From a virus: DNA of 39,822 nucleotides. Location of the stretch: the UHGV virus genome UHGV-0171730; one strand, given 5' to 3'. Of this stretch, positions 26,916-37,805 are shown piece by piece (position 1 is the first letter of the stretch; each line of letters starts with the position of its first letter). The notes below the pieces were generated by a model. The model saw only the letters and a list, made by a program, of their open reading frames with translations, searched no databases and had not been told where the DNA came from. The translations under genes and the position numbers were made by a program.

Positions 26916-28367
26916 ATGGCTACGTGGCAACAGGGTATTAATTCTGGTGGTTTTCTGGCTGGCATCGGTACGCAAAATGAGAATGCGCCAAAGGCAAGCG
27001 ACATTAACGCAACGCTTGGTCTGATTCGCGAAAACAATGAACTGGCTCGTTCAGGTGCAAATAACGTTGGTCTGACCGCGTTACGTGGTCTGGCTGGAGT
27101 TGCTGATATTTATAAGCAGCAGCAACAGCAGGAACGTAAAGCGGCATTCCAGAAAGGTTATGCGGATGCTTATGCGTCCGGCGACAGGGAGCAGATGCGT
27201 AATCTTATTACAGCATTCCCCGAAGAGTTTGAGGAAGTCCGTAAAGGCATGGGGTATGTCGATGACGCCCAGCGGAATGATTTTGGCAATCTGGCGCTCA
27301 AGGCTCAGGTAGCTTCGTCGCTTGGTCCGGGTGCATTTGGCAGGTTCATGATGGATAACGAAAAGGAGATGCGTCGTTTAGGTATCCCTCCAGAAACTAT
27401 TGCGGAAATGCAGGTTAATGACCCGCAGGGCTTCCAGCACTTCACAGGTAATCTGGCACTATTTTCTCTCGGTCATGAGAAGTATTTCGATATCAAAGAT
27501 CAAATGGAAGGTCGGGATATTGAGCGTGGCAAGTTGGCAGAGACGATTCGCAGCAATAAAGCTGGGGAAGGTTTAAAGGCGCAAAGCATTGCTGTTAGCC
27601 GTGAAAACTCCCTGCGCACTGCTGGAGGTGCTGTTCCTGCATCTGTTAAAGAATATCAATATTTCAACAGCCTGTCTCCAGAGCAACAAAAGACATATCT
27701 TCGTGTTCGAGGTCGTCCTGATGCTGGCGGGGAGAATGTTGTGCAACTGGCAGATGGCAGAACGGTAACGGTTGGTAGGAAGCTTCACGGCGCTGGTGCT
27801 AATGCGTTCTACGAAGGAATAGACAACGAGGGCAATATGATTCGCGTCCCCGCAAGTTCTATTGCTGCTCCGGCTACATCGGCAGCTAATGCACAGAATT
27901 ACGAAATGAAGAAAGATCTTGATGCAATTTCTGGCGCATCAATTGACGATCTTGGCTTCATGACAGGTATTACAGGTTCTTCAGGTTCTTTTGCTCTTGG
28001 TGCAGATATTCGTAGCAGGGCATCTGGTGTTGAGGAGAGGAGGCTATACAACGCTGCACAGCGAATCATGGGCAAAATGCAAAATCAGGGGATTGCAGCA
28101 GCCCGAGATATGGGGGCATCTGGCATCAACACCGAAGCAGAGGCCAATAGGTATTTTCAGGGTATGCCAAAGCCTGATTTCTCAAGTCCTGAAGCGCTGC
28201 AACAATCAATGCGCGACATTCAGCAATATACCGACAATTACAACCAGCAATATAACGTTAATGTTGGTAATGGCGGGAAGAAATCATCAAGGCAACAGTC
28301 AGCTACTCAGCAATCAGCAGGAGGTAGCTACACGTCAAAATCAGGCATTCAATTTACGGTGGAATGA
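26916..28367 (+). CDS. ejection protein (P22 gp20-like, 483 aa)
   Basis: Size and synteny. Confidence 0.5.
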   Translation: MATWQQGINSGGFLAGIGTQNENAPKASDINATLGLIRENNELARSGANNVGLTALRGLAGVADIYKQQQQQERKAAFQKGYADAYASGDREQMRNLITAFPEEFEEVRKGMGYVDDAQRNDFGNLALKAQVASSLGPGAFGRFMMDNEKEMRRLGIPPETIAEMQVNDPQGFQHFTGNLALFSLGHEKYFDIKDQMEGRDIERGKLAETIRSNKAGEGLKAQSIAVSRENSLRTAGGAVPASVKEYQYFNSLSPEQQKTYLRVRGRPDAGGENVVQLADGRTVTVGRKLHGAGANAFYEGIDNEGNMIRVPASSIAAPATSAANAQNYEMKKDLDAISGASIDDLGFMTGITGSSGSFALGADIRSRASGVEERRLYNAAQRIMGKMQNQGIAAARDMGASGINTEAEANRYFQGMPKPDFSSPEALQQSMRDIQQYTDNYNQQYNVNVGNGGKKSSRQQSATQQSAGGSYTSKSGIQFTVE

Positions 28368-30490
28368 TGAAAGTAACTGCAAACGGTAAGACATTTACCT
28401 TCCCTGATGGTACGAGCACCGAAGATATTGGCACCGCCATTGATGAGTATTTTGCTGGTCAGGCTGTTCAGCAACAAACAGTTAATCAGGCCAATAATGC
28501 ACCAACACAGGAAGAACCATCATTGATGCAACAAGCTGGCGATTGGCTCACTGGTGGTCAAAGTGCAGGGCAAATTGCAGAACAGGCTGGTCGTGGTCTG
28601 GTAAACATACCATTTGACGTATTACAGGGTGGCGCAAGTCTGATTAATGCAATCAGTCAGGGGCTTGGTGGGCCAAAAGTATTGGATGATGTCTATCGTC
28701 CAGTCGATCGACCGACAGACCATTACGCGCAAGCCGGTGAAACAATTGGCGGGTATCTCCTGCCAATTGGTACAGCGGCAAAAGCTGCTGGAGCGCCAGC
28801 AAAGCTCGCTGGAGATATCGGTTCCGCAGGAAACATGATTGCAGGCTCTCTTGCTGATGCTGCAAATCAGGAGGGCGATTTTGCACAAAATGCTGCCATT
28901 AACGGTGGTATCAATATTGGTGCTCAAGGCGTTATTTCAGGTGCCGGGCGCGTTATTGCGCCAAGGGTTTCACAGGCTCTTGGTGGTGCAGCACTGAATT
29001 CTGCTAATGATGTTTCCAGGATGGCAAAGTCAGATGCTGGGCGTCAGTCAATTGCCAGTCAGGCCGCTAATGTGTCCGAAGATGTAGCAAAAGCAGCTGA
29101 GTCTGCTGGAATTGATATAAACGCATTAACACCAGGAATGCGATCTGGAAGTCGTGGAATTGCACAAGCCGAAGGCGCATTGGCATCAACACCTGGAATT
29201 GTTCAGGACGCCCATCAGGCAGCATTTAACGAAATATCATCAAAGTTAAGTCGAAACCTTGATGAATTTGGGGCCACATCTGGAACGGCATCAGAAAAAA
29301 GTGCGGCTATAAAACAAAGGATTCTTCAAAATCTTGATCAGATGAAGGATGCCGAGCGCGCGGCATGGGATGACGTGCGGTCAACAATGCCAAATCAAAA
29401 AGCAAGAATGCTAAATGGTAATGCCGTTATTCAGGCAGAGCGATCTGCTGGCATACCGCTTACTCCTGAAATGAAACAGTTTGTTCAGGCAAACAATCAA
29501 GGTGGAGTAACATTTGATGGCATGAAAGCATGGAGAGCGAAATTTGCTGATGCGGAGCAAAAATATAAGCGTAGCGGAGAGGCAAATGCGGCAAGGAGAG
29601 CAGGGGAAATACGCCGGGCAATTACTGATGATATGCGCACAATGGCGGAAAACGGCGGATTTCTTGATGACTGGCAGAAAGCTAATGATCTGTCTAAAGC
29701 GAGGTTATCAGCACAAGAGAGTGCAGAGTCTGTTTTCGGGCGTGATTTGGCAACAGATGCACTGATTACGAATGGAGTAAAATCCCTTCAATCATCGTCA
29801 GCTAAAGGTCTTAATGGTCCTGCTGGATTCCATTCTATGATCCGCGCGCTGCCAGAATCAGAGCGTGTTCCTGCTATATCATCAATGTTGCAAGATGCTA
29901 TCTCGCATGGTGTACGTGGTGGCAAAGCTGATGCAGCAGGAATTAACCATATCGCAGAGATACTGACTCCACAAAATGTAAAAGCCATTAGCCGATATTC
30001 CTCAGAGCTTGGAAGAATTGCTGATGCATATGGCACTCTTGCAAGAGCAGCAGTGAAACCTCAGCAGTATATTGAAAGAACAGGTAGAACTGCCAATGTA
30101 CTACGCGATCTGGATGCTGGTTTATCCAACGTCACATCAACAGTGTTAAATGCAATTGCCAATTCAACATCAGGTGCCATTGTTGGTGGCGCTGGAGGAG
30201 GCATTGCAGGCGCTGCCGCAGGTGCTTTAGTTGGCGCTGGGTTAAAAGGCGCTGTATCTAAAATTGCCACCACACGTAGTGGTCGGTATGCGATAGAGAA
30301 AGCAGTTCAGGAAGCAACTAAAGCAGTAAGAGCAGGCGGAAGCAAAGAAGCATTAGCGGCGGCGGAACGCAGATTTATGGCAAATAAGGCCGCCGTAAAA
30401 GCAATACGCGAGGCACTAGGAAACGAAGAGTTCCAGCGTTTAGCAAGGGCTGGAATTGTGGCATCGCTAAGCGGAATGGCACAGGAGTAA
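28364..30490 (+). CDS. ejection protein (P22 gp16-like, 708 aa)
   Basis: Size and synteny; Ala/Gly-rich; ATGA overlap. Confidence 0.5.
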   Translation: MMKVTANGKTFTFPDGTSTEDIGTAIDEYFAGQAVQQQTVNQANNAPTQEEPSLMQQAGDWLTGGQSAGQIAEQAGRGLVNIPFDVLQGGASLINAISQGLGGPKVLDDVYRPVDRPTDHYAQAGETIGGYLLPIGTAAKAAGAPAKLAGDIGSAGNMIAGSLADAANQEGDFAQNAAINGGINIGAQGVISGAGRVIAPRVSQALGGAALNSANDVSRMAKSDAGRQSIASQAANVSEDVAKAAESAGIDINALTPGMRSGSRGIAQAEGALASTPGIVQDAHQAAFNEISSKLSRNLDEFGATSGTASEKSAAIKQRILQNLDQMKDAERAAWDDVRSTMPNQKARMLNGNAVIQAERSAGIPLTPEMKQFVQANNQGGVTFDGMKAWRAKFADAEQKYKRSGEANAARRAGEIRRAITDDMRTMAENGGFLDDWQKANDLSKARLSAQESAESVFGRDLATDALITNGVKSLQSSSAKGLNGPAGFHSMIRALPESERVPAISSMLQDAISHGVRGGKADAAGINHIAEILTPQNVKAISRYSSELGRIADAYGTLARAAVKPQQYIERTGRTANVLRDLDAGLSNVTSTVLNAIANSTSGAIVGGAGGGIAGAAAGALVGAGLKGAVSKIATTRSGRYAIEKAVQEATKAVRAGGSKEALAAAERRFMANKAAVKAIREALGNEEFQRLARAGIVASLSGMAQE

Positions 30491-30895
30491 TTAGTCATCC
30501 ATGGATGGATTGAGCTTATCTCGTGTTGATGTGGCAATTTTCCCAACATTTTTCAACCAAGATTTTAAGAAGGATATGTCGTCCTTAATATCATGAATAT
30601 CCTCATTCTTTATACGATCAACCTTATCCTCTAAGCTCTCTATAGAACGCTCAATGCTAGACAGAGAGATTTTTAAGTCCCCTTGCTCACGTTCCAGTGA
30701 GGATTTGAGAGCACAATATTCGTTTTCTAGAATTCCTATTTTTTTTGTTAGAGAGTGCATTCGATACTCATACACCAAACCAGAAACGACTAATGCAGCC
30801 AACAGAAACCATTCAAGCACACCAACCTCCTTAGTTTTGCGCAGGATACCAGATGATAATGTGTAGTTGGAGTAGCGCGGTTGTAATGCAAGCAT
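30491..30895 (-). CDS. hypothetical membrane-anchored coiled-coil protein (134 aa)
   Basis: One hydrophobic segment WFLLAALVVSGLV then heptad-like repeats; AT-rich; weak RBS. Confidence 0.4.
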   Translation of the reverse strand: MLALQPRYSNYTLSSGILRKTKEVGVLEWFLLAALVVSGLVYEYRMHSLTKKIGILENEYCALKSSLEREQGDLKISLSSIERSIESLEDKVDRIKNEDIHDIKDDISFLKSWLKNVGKIATSTRDKLNPSMDD

Positions 30896-30979
30896 TTTGT
30901 TTTGGTTTTATGCTTGCTTGTATGTGTGTACAGTGCATATAATGCAAGCATACATCACAACAAAGGTGCTTGCATTATG
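30885..30979. promoter_or_regulatory. divergent control region with four alternating 11-bp sites and a sigma70-like promoter
   Basis: AATGCAAGCAT at 30885-30895 and 30941-30951; reverse orientation ATGCTTGCTTG at 30910-30920 and TGCTTGCATT at 30967-30976; TTGCTT (30914-30919), 18-bp spacer, TATAAT (30938-30943). Confidence 0.4.
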
Positions 30980-31969
30980 ACTGAAAAGAAAAGTGGCGAA
31001 GGGAAAGCTAAGGGCGGTATCGCTCGCGCAAAGTCGCTGACTAAAGAGCAGCGTTCTGAAATAGCAAAGAAAGCAGCGGCTGCAAGATGGAAGGATAAAC
31101 CATTAATTGCTACGCATAAGGGATCGTTCCAGCATGAATTCGGGATTGATGTTGAGTGCTATGTGTTAAATGATGATAACAAAACTGCCGTTATTAGCCA
31201 GAGAGGCATGGGAGAAGCGATTGGTCTTGGCGAAGGTGGCAGCAGGTTGCCAAAGTTTATTCAGGGGAAAACTATTTCTCAGTATATCGGGCATGAATTA
31301 AGGGCAAAACTTGAAAATCCTCTTATTTTTCAATACAAACAGGCGGGCACGAACACTCCAGCTAATCCTGTAATACATGGCTACGATGTAACAATATTAA
31401 TTGATTTATGTCGAGCAATCTCTAATGCTAAAGCTGAAGGTAAGTTGCTTTCCAGTCAGGAAGGGATTGCTAAGCAAGCCAGAATCATTATTGATGCATC
31501 AGCCAAGGCGGGCATTCAGGGGCTTGTTTATGCTTTGGCAGGGTATGACAGAACAAAAGAAGAGGTAATTCAAGCATATAAGCGATATGTTGCTGAAGAG
31601 GCTCGTGAGTATGAAAGAGAGTTCACCCCTGAACTTTATGAGCATTGGTATCGTCTGTATGGTATAGACAAACCAGTTAGAGGGCGACCATGGGCGTTTA
31701 AATATCTTACGATAGATCACATTTATTACCCATTAGCCAGAAGTGAAGGAAAGGTATTTAATTTAGCAAAAACGTCAAAAGAAGAAAAAGGCAGCAAGAA
31801 CGATAAAATACACCAGTTTTTATCAGAGGTTGGAGTTAAGGCTCTTAGAACCCAAATAGGTAAGGTTACTGGTATTGCAATGGTTTCTGATACTCGAGAA
31901 GAGTATGAGAAATACATAGATGAAAAGGTTATTGGACAAAGAACCATAGACTTAAAAGATAAAGAATAA
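30977..31969 (+). CDS. hypothetical protein (330 aa) with basic N-terminal region
   Basis: ATG 30977 downstream of consensus-like promoter; strong terminator after stop; N-terminal KAKGGIARAKSLTKEQRSEIAKKAAAARW; ORF-track start 30902 rejected. Confidence 0.5.
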   Translation: MTEKKSGEGKAKGGIARAKSLTKEQRSEIAKKAAAARWKDKPLIATHKGSFQHEFGIDVECYVLNDDNKTAVISQRGMGEAIGLGEGGSRLPKFIQGKTISQYIGHELRAKLENPLIFQYKQAGTNTPANPVIHGYDVTILIDLCRAISNAKAEGKLLSSQEGIAKQARIIIDASAKAGIQGLVYALAGYDRTKEEVIQAYKRYVAEEAREYEREFTPELYEHWYRLYGIDKPVRGRPWAFKYLTIDHIYYPLARSEGKVFNLAKTSKEEKGSKNDKIHQFLSEVGVKALRTQIGKVTGIAMVSDTREEYEKYIDEKVIGQRTIDLKDKE

Positions 31970-31998
31970 GAAAAACCCACCGTCAGGTGGGTTTTTTA
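31970..31998. terminator. bidirectional rho-independent terminator
   Basis: Hairpin ACCCACC-GTCA-GGTGGGT at 31975-31992 flanked by A5 upstream and T6 downstream. Confidence 0.6.
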
Positions 31999-32022
31999 TA
32001 AGGAGTAATCATGATTTACCCA

Positions 32023-32559
32023 TCAAACAACCCACCAGTTTGCCTGATTGGATACCAGCCTTGCAGTTTTTATGGAATTAATTATGCCATGCTCAAGAGC
32101 CTTGTTAGCATCCAAAATGGTCGAGTCTGCTATCAGGGATGCCCACCTAATATGGGTTCCGATGTCGATATTGAACGTCTCAACGAAGCGATCAAGATCG
32201 TTATCGAGGCATTTCCCGTACTCTCTCAATCTGGCATGGTCGGCGGCTGGGGAGGCAAAGCACCATAATAGAGGATGTAACAGGAATCTTGATAATGGGT
32301 TTGCGAAACGTTCTGAGCCAGCCAGGAAAACGATATTAGCTATGGATTCAACATTGCTTATGTTGTGAGTTCTAACGGTAACAGGGAGTGACTTAAGAAA
32401 GTTATACGCAGTAAAGCCAGCGGCTGTTTCCCCTCCCTGACTTGATATATGGATATTTAATTCAGTTGCGCCTTGAGATAATGCGGTGAGACAGTGGTTC
32501 TGAAGTTGCCCAACAGTGGCAGTGTTAACGGGGCATAAGAAATGAATTGTGTGCAGCAT
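32023..32559 (-). CDS. ClpP-like serine protease-fold protein (178 aa)
   Basis: ISSQGGETAAGFTAYNFL resembles ClpP INSPGGVITAGMSIYD; AGSERFANPLSRFLLHP resembles [20 protein letters not shown]; start overlaps mnt stop. Confidence 0.55.
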   Translation of the reverse strand: MLHTIHFLCPVNTATVGQLQNHCLTALSQGATELNIHISSQGGETAAGFTAYNFLKSLPVTVRTHNISNVESIANIVFLAGSERFANPLSRFLLHPLLWCFASPAADHARLREYGKCLDNDLDRFVETFNIDIGTHIRWASLIADSTILDANKALEHGIINSIKTARLVSNQANWWVV

Positions 32560-32813
32560 TATTTATCATCCTTGCCATAAATCTTTTTAAGTGTCTCAAA
32601 CACAACGGCCTTGAACTGCTCTGCTTGCTGATCAGCCAAGCGTTCAGCTTCGTCTCGATAGCCTGCAATCGGTGATGGCTTTGAGAGAGCATCCTGAACG
32701 ATTTGTAATAACTCAGAGTTCATTGACCTTCCGTTAGCCTCTGCTCTTAATTTCAATTTTTCTCTTACTTCCAAAGGCATACGGAAGTTAAAGTGCGGAT
32801 CGTTTCTAGCCAT
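32559..32813 (-). CDS. mnt: Mnt repressor (ribbon-helix-helix)
   Basis: MARNDPHFNFRMPLEVREKLKLRAEANGRSMNSELLQIVQDAL matches P22 Mnt as remembered. Confidence 0.85.
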   Translation of the reverse strand: MARNDPHFNFRMPLEVREKLKLRAEANGRSMNSELLQIVQDALSKPSPIAGYRDEAERLADQQAEQFKAVVFETLKKIYGKDDK

Positions 32814-32835
32814 GCCATCACCCCAAGTTAGTGTA

Positions 32836-32887
32836 TTGACATGATAGAAGCACTCTACTATATTCTCAATAGGTCCACGGTGGACCT
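32836..32887. promoter_or_regulatory. immI control region: Pant promoter, Arc operator, Mnt operator
   Basis: TTGACA (32836-32841), 17 bp, TATATT (32859-32864); ATGATAGAAGCACTCTACTAT at 32841-32861; perfect palindrome AGGTCCACGGTGGACCT at 32871-32887. Confidence 0.7.
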
Positions 32888-32903
32888 ATATTGTGAGGTA
32901 AAT

Positions 32904-33062
32904 ATGAAAGGAATGAGCAAAATGCCGCAGTTCAATTTGCGGTGGCCTAAAGAAGTATTGGATTTGGTGCGTAAGGTGGCGGAAGAGAACGGGCGATCTG
33001 TTAACTCTGAGATTTACAAGCGAGTGTTGGACAGCCTGAAGAGAGAGGGGATAACGGTATGA
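32904..33062 (+). CDS. arc: Arc repressor (ribbon-helix-helix)
   Basis: MKGMSKMPQFNLRWPKEVLDLVRKVAEENGRSVNSEIYKRV matches P22 Arc as remembered; ORF-track start 32841 rejected. Confidence 0.9.
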   Translation: MKGMSKMPQFNLRWPKEVLDLVRKVAEENGRSVNSEIYKRVLDSLKREGITV

Positions 33063-33280
33063 GGTTTATTGAGGTTGATGAGATTGGCTATGAGAATGCA
33101 CTTGGTAGAGGTAAATCTTTAGTTAACATTGATGGCATTGAATCGATAAGGAGTGGTGAATTTACGGAGATCAGAATGATGTCAGGCGGAATCATTCCTT
33201 GCCGTGATTCAGTAGAGTCAATCAAATCAAAAATGAGTGGTCAGTGGCTTTATAGCTACAGTGACTTACAAAAACAGTGA
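33059..33280 (+). CDS. hypothetical protein (73 aa) between arc and ant
   Basis: ATGA overlap with arc stop; no motif recognised. Confidence 0.45.
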   Translation: MRFIEVDEIGYENALGRGKSLVNIDGIESIRSGEFTEIRMMSGGIIPCRDSVESIKSKMSGQWLYSYSDLQKQ

Positions 33281-33343
33281 AGCCCCAACTGCGGGAACAG
33301 TCAGGGCTTCGGTATCGTAAAACCACGCATAGGAATTAACGAC

Positions 33344-34267
33344 ATGACGAGTGTAGCAATTGCAGAACATACAATCAACGTTCCATTCCACGGAACAAAT
33401 CTCTTTTTGGTCAGCATTAACAATGAACCTTACGTTCCTATGAAACCCGTTGTAGAAGGCATGGGTATGGTTTGGGCTGCTCAATTTGTTAAATTAAAAC
33501 AGAGATTTGTCAAAGGTATTTCGGAAATCGAAATACCTTCTGCTGGCGGTAAACAGTTAATGATATGCCTTGCCTTTCGTAAGTTTGCGGCTTGGCTTTC
33601 AAGCATTCAGCCAAACAAAGTCCGCCCTGAAATCCGCGACAAGGTAATCCAGTATCAGGAAGAGTGTGACGATGTGCTCTACGAGTACTGGACTAAAGGC
33701 CATGTGGTTAATCCACGCAAAGCTAAAAAGGCGTTGCCGGGGAAAATCACTACTGAACAGCAGGAAGCCATTAAACAACTCGTCATGAGTCGCGGTCAGT
33801 CTCTGCCAAAAGAAAAACAGGCTAAGGCGATGATCACCATGTGGTCGTCACTGAAATCCCATTTTGGATGTTCGTACAAAGAAATCAGTGAGGAGCAGTT
33901 TACAGAAGCACTGTCACTTGCAGCTCGAGTTCCACTTGAAGGTGAGTTCATTGGCAAACAAGAAGAGTTACCAGCGCCAAAACTGGATATTAACTTCCCG
34001 ATTTCATGGTTTGCTGAAAATGCACCTTACGCCATTATCAGGCAGCAATGCGGTGATACTGTTGCTCTTGACCGCAGCGCACTCGTTGAATGCAGTCCGG
34101 CGTATAAACTAATCAATATTCTGACAAAAGCGGGGTATGACGTTTCAGCAGTAAGAGCTGAACTAAAAGCACTTCGCCATTTAATGGCTGAGCAAAGCTG
34201 GGCACTTAAAGAGATAGCTTCATTCGCAGCGATACGTGATAGAGCGTGCCACTCAATTAAACTTTAA
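33344..34267 (+). CDS. ant: antirepressor Ant (307 aa)
   Basis: Position after arc; size close to P22 Ant (300 aa). Confidence 0.7.
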   Translation: MTSVAIAEHTINVPFHGTNLFLVSINNEPYVPMKPVVEGMGMVWAAQFVKLKQRFVKGISEIEIPSAGGKQLMICLAFRKFAAWLSSIQPNKVRPEIRDKVIQYQEECDDVLYEYWTKGHVVNPRKAKKALPGKITTEQQEAIKQLVMSRGQSLPKEKQAKAMITMWSSLKSHFGCSYKEISEEQFTEALSLAARVPLEGEFIGKQEELPAPKLDINFPISWFAENAPYAIIRQQCGDTVALDRSALVECSPAYKLINILTKAGYDVSAVRAELKALRHLMAEQSWALKEIASFAAIRDRACHSIKL

Positions 34268-34305
34268 CTACCTGCACGAAAAGTGTAGGTCAATAACCAA
34301 CGCAA

Positions 34306-34332
34306 CGACCCAGCTTCGGCTGGGTTTTTTTA
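34306..34332 (+). terminator. rho-independent terminator after ant
   Basis: Hairpin ACCCAGC-TTCG-GCTGGGT at 34308-34325 followed by T7. Confidence 0.6.
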
Positions 34333-34389
34333 TGCCCAAAATTCACCGTAGCCATGCTGCGGCGATTCCTTGTGTCTGGAGCAAATTAA

Positions 34390-37335
34390 ATGAGAGACAT
34401 TACAGCCAATGTGATCGTATCGATGCCTTCGCAACTCTTCACTATGGCGCGTTCTTTTAAAGCCGTAGCTAATGGCAAAATTTATATCGGTAAAATTGAC
34501 ACAGATCCTGTAAATCCAGAAAACCAGATTCAGGTCTATGTGGAGAATGAAGACGGTTCTCACGTTCCTGTTTCGCAACCAATAATCATTAACGCTGCTG
34601 GATATCCTGTATATAACGGACAGATTGCCAAATTCGTTACCGTGCAAGGCCATTCTATGGCTGTTTATGATGCGTATGGTGCGCAGCAGTTCTATTTTCC
34701 TAATGTGCTGAAGTATGACCCTGATCAGTTACGGCAGCAATTAGAAGACCCAGATGGAGCGAATAAATACCCAAAACTTCAGATAGCAAGATGGAGAGAC
34801 AGTTATGATGTAAGAGGTTGGGGGGCTATTGGTGATGGTGTTCATGATGATACATCAGCTCTATCAGAATTACTTTCTGTTGCAACAGGTGGTGAAAAGA
34901 TAGATGGGCGAGGGCTTACTTTTAAAGTATCAACTCTTCCAGATGTCAGTCGATTTAAAAATGCTCGTTTTTTATTTGAGAGAATACCGGGTCAGCCTCT
35001 TTTTTATGCTTCTGAAGATTTTATCCAGGGAGAGTTATTTAAAATTACAGATACACCGTGGTACAACGCCTGGACGCAGGATAAAACGTTTGTATATGAC
35101 AATGTCATCTATGCGCCTTTTATGGCTGGAGACCGCCATGGTGTAAATAACCTCCATGTTGCATGGGTTCGCTCAGGAGATGACGGGAAGACCTGGACAA
35201 CGCCGGAATGGCTTACAGATTTACATAAAAACTATCCCACAGTTAACTATCACTGCATGAGTATGGGGGTTGTCAGAAATCGCCTTTTTGCTGTAATTGA
35301 GACGCGGACCGTGAGAGGAAATAAACTGCAGGTTGCAGAGTTGTGGGATCGCCCAATGAGTCGCAGCCTTCGCGTTTATGGTGGTATAACGAAAGCAGCA
35401 AATCAGCAAGTCGCTTATATTCGCATTACTGATCACGGATTATTTGCTGGTGATTTTGTCAACTTCTCAAACTCTGGTGTTACAGATGTTACCGGGAATA
35501 TGACGGTGACTACTGTTATTGATAAAAATACCTTTACAGTTACGACGCAAAATACCCAGGATGTGGATCAGAATAACGAGGGTAGATACTGGAGTTTTGG
35601 TACATCATTTCACTCGTCACCATGGAGAAAAACCAGTCTTGGAACTATTCCTTCTTTTGTTGACGGAAGCACTCCTGTTACTGAGATTCACAGTTTTGCG
35701 ACGATTAGCGATAACAGTTTTGCTGTTGGCTACCATAATGGTGATATTGGTCCACGCGAGCTTGGGATACTCTATTTCTCTGATGCTTTCGGTTCTCCTG
35801 GTAGCTTTGTTCGCAGACGCATACCTGCAGAATATGAGGCGAATGCATCTGAGCCATGTGTAAAATATTATGATGGCATTCTGTATCTGACGACCAGGGG
35901 GACATTAAGTACTCAACCCGGTAGTTCATTGCACAGAAGCTCTGATTTAGGTACATCATGGAATTCTCTTCGCTTCCCAAATAATGTTCATCACTCAAAC
36001 CTTCCTTTTGCCAAAGTTGGCGATGAGCTGATTATTTTTGGCAGTGAGCGCACATTTGGTGAGTGGGAAGGAGGAGAACCTGATAACCGTTATGCAGGAA
36101 ATTATCCAAGAACATTTATGACCAGAGTTAACGTCAATGAGTGGAGTCTGGATAATGTAGAGTGGGTTAATGTTACTGATCAGATTTATCAGGGCGGAAT
36201 AGTTAACTCTGCGGTTGGTGTTGGTTCAGTTTGTATCAAAGACAACTGGCTGTACTACATTTTCGGTGGGGAAGACTTTCTAAACCCATGGAGCATAGGG
36301 GATAACAACAGAAAATATCCTTATGTTCACGATGGTCACCCGGCTGATTTGTATTGTTTCAGGGTGAAAATTAAACAGGAAGAATTTGTTTCAAGGGATT
36401 TTGTCTACGGAGCCACTCCTAACAGAACGCTTCCTACTTTTATGTCGACGTCAGGCGTGAGGACGGTTCCTGTACCCGTTGATTTCACAGATGATGTTGC
36501 CGTCCAGTCACTGACTGTCCATGCAGGTACATCAGGACAAGTTCGCGCGGAAGTCAAACTTGAGGGTAATTACGCCATTATTGCGAAGAAAGTACCGTCT
36601 GATGATGTTACCGCTCAGAGATTAATCGTTAGCGGCGGTGAAACAACGTCTTCAGCAGATGGTGCAATGATAACGTTGCATGGTTCCAGAAGCAGTACTC
36701 CACGTCGCGCGGTATATAACGCACTCGAACATCTTTTTGAGAACGGAGATGTTAAACCTTATCTTGATAATGTAAATGCTCTTGGTGGTCCGGGAAACAG
36801 GTTCTCGACAGTTTATCTTGGCTCCAATCCTGTGGTTACCAGTGACGGAACATTAAAGACAGAGCCGGTCTCTCCTGACGAAACATTGCTGGATGCCTGG
36901 GGTGACGTCAGGTATATCGCTTATAAATGGCTGAACGCTGTCGCTATAAAGGGGGAAGAAGGGGCGAGGATACATCATGGTGTAATCGCGCAGCAACTTC
37001 GTGATGTTCTTATTTCTCACGGACTCATGGAAGAAGAAAGCACAACATGCCGCTATGCGTTTCTTTGCTATGACGATTATCCCGCAGTATATGATGACGT
37101 CATTACTGGCCAAAGGGAAATGCCGCTGACTGATAATGACGGGAGCATCATTGTTGATGAGGATGATAATCCAGTGATGGTAATGGAAGACATCATTGAG
37201 CGCGTTGAAATAACGCCAGCAGGATCTAGATGGGGGGTCAGGCCTGATCTCTTATTCTATATCGAGGCGGCATGGCAGCGCAGAGAAATGGATAAGATAA
37301 AAGCTAGGTTAGACTTAATAGAAGGGAAGCACTAA
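34390..37335 (+). CDS. tailspike: P22-like head-binding N-domain, sialidase-like (Asp-box) body, C-terminal intramolecular-chaperone-like domain
   Basis: N-terminal ~115 aa match P22 gp9 head-binding domain as remembered; Asp-boxes SGDDGKTW (35173-35196) and SSDLGTSW (35938-35961); C-terminal SDGTLK and HHGVIAQQ motifs. Confidence 0.8.
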   Translation: MRDITANVIVSMPSQLFTMARSFKAVANGKIYIGKIDTDPVNPENQIQVYVENEDGSHVPVSQPIIINAAGYPVYNGQIAKFVTVQGHSMAVYDAYGAQQFYFPNVLKYDPDQLRQQLEDPDGANKYPKLQIARWRDSYDVRGWGAIGDGVHDDTSALSELLSVATGGEKIDGRGLTFKVSTLPDVSRFKNARFLFERIPGQPLFYASEDFIQGELFKITDTPWYNAWTQDKTFVYDNVIYAPFMAGDRHGVNNLHVAWVRSGDDGKTWTTPEWLTDLHKNYPTVNYHCMSMGVVRNRLFAVIETRTVRGNKLQVAELWDRPMSRSLRVYGGITKAANQQVAYIRITDHGLFAGDFVNFSNSGVTDVTGNMTVTTVIDKNTFTVTTQNTQDVDQNNEGRYWSFGTSFHSSPWRKTSLGTIPSFVDGSTPVTEIHSFATISDNSFAVGYHNGDIGPRELGILYFSDAFGSPGSFVRRRIPAEYEANASEPCVKYYDGILYLTTRGTLSTQPGSSLHRSSDLGTSWNSLRFPNNVHHSNLPFAKVGDELIIFGSERTFGEWEGGEPDNRYAGNYPRTFMTRVNVNEWSLDNVEWVNVTDQIYQGGIVNSAVGVGSVCIKDNWLYYIFGGEDFLNPWSIGDNNRKYPYVHDGHPADLYCFRVKIKQEEFVSRDFVYGATPNRTLPTFMSTSGVRTVPVPVDFTDDVAVQSLTVHAGTSGQVRAEVKLEGNYAIIAKKVPSDDVTAQRLIVSGGETTSSADGAMITLHGSRSSTPRRAVYNALEHLFENGDVKPYLDNVNALGGPGNRFSTVYLGSNPVVTSDGTLKTEPVSPDETLLDAWGDVRYIAYKWLNAVAIKGEEGARIHHGVIAQQLRDVLISHGLMEEESTTCRYAFLCYDDYPAVYDDVITGQREMPLTDNDGSIIVDEDDNPVMVMEDIIERVEITPAGSRWGVRPDLLFYIEAAWQRREMDKIKARLDLIEGKH

Positions 37336-37761
37336 ATGTTTCGTTGGCGTCAAAAATATGAACTGCTCACATAAAGAAGTAAGTACATTGGCAAAAAACA
37401 TTGACGTCAACGAAATTAAATATAAAACATCATGCAGACATATTACCAATATTAATATAAGGTAATAAAAATATAATTTACAAAAAAGGCCCGTTGGAAG
37501 CGACGGGCATTAACCGCGGTAATGGATAAATTATTAATGTTTTTAGATTGTGAACGATATCATATTGTGCGGAAGTAGTGAAGTAACCATGTAAAATGAT
37601 TGTTTCATAGCCTATGAGACACACAAGGCTTTGTGCTCTTCGATAGTTGTTAAGGCGGATCACTCTACCTTCTCATCAATCCAGTCCGCCCCCACTGCAT
37701 CATTTCTCTGCGCTTATCGAGATACTGAGCATGGTTGTAAATTCAACTAACCCAGTTCGTT

Positions 37762-37805
37762 GACAAAAAATTAGCGCAAGAGGACAAAAAATCACCTTGC
37801 GCTAA
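37762..37805 (-). terminator. sib/tI-like terminator in the att P arm
   Basis: Perfect 10-bp inverted repeat TTAGCGCAAG (37771-37780) / CTTGCGCTAA (37796-37805) followed on the minus strand by a T-run (plus A6 at 37765-37770). Confidence 0.5.

Noticed and set aside
32011-32268. 85-aa plus-strand ORF with a strong AAGGAG RBS, antisense inside the ClpP-like gene
   Set aside because: The opposite strand has protease-fold motifs and operon coupling with mnt; the RBS-like sequence sits in the terminator flank. Not fully excluded as a small antisense gene
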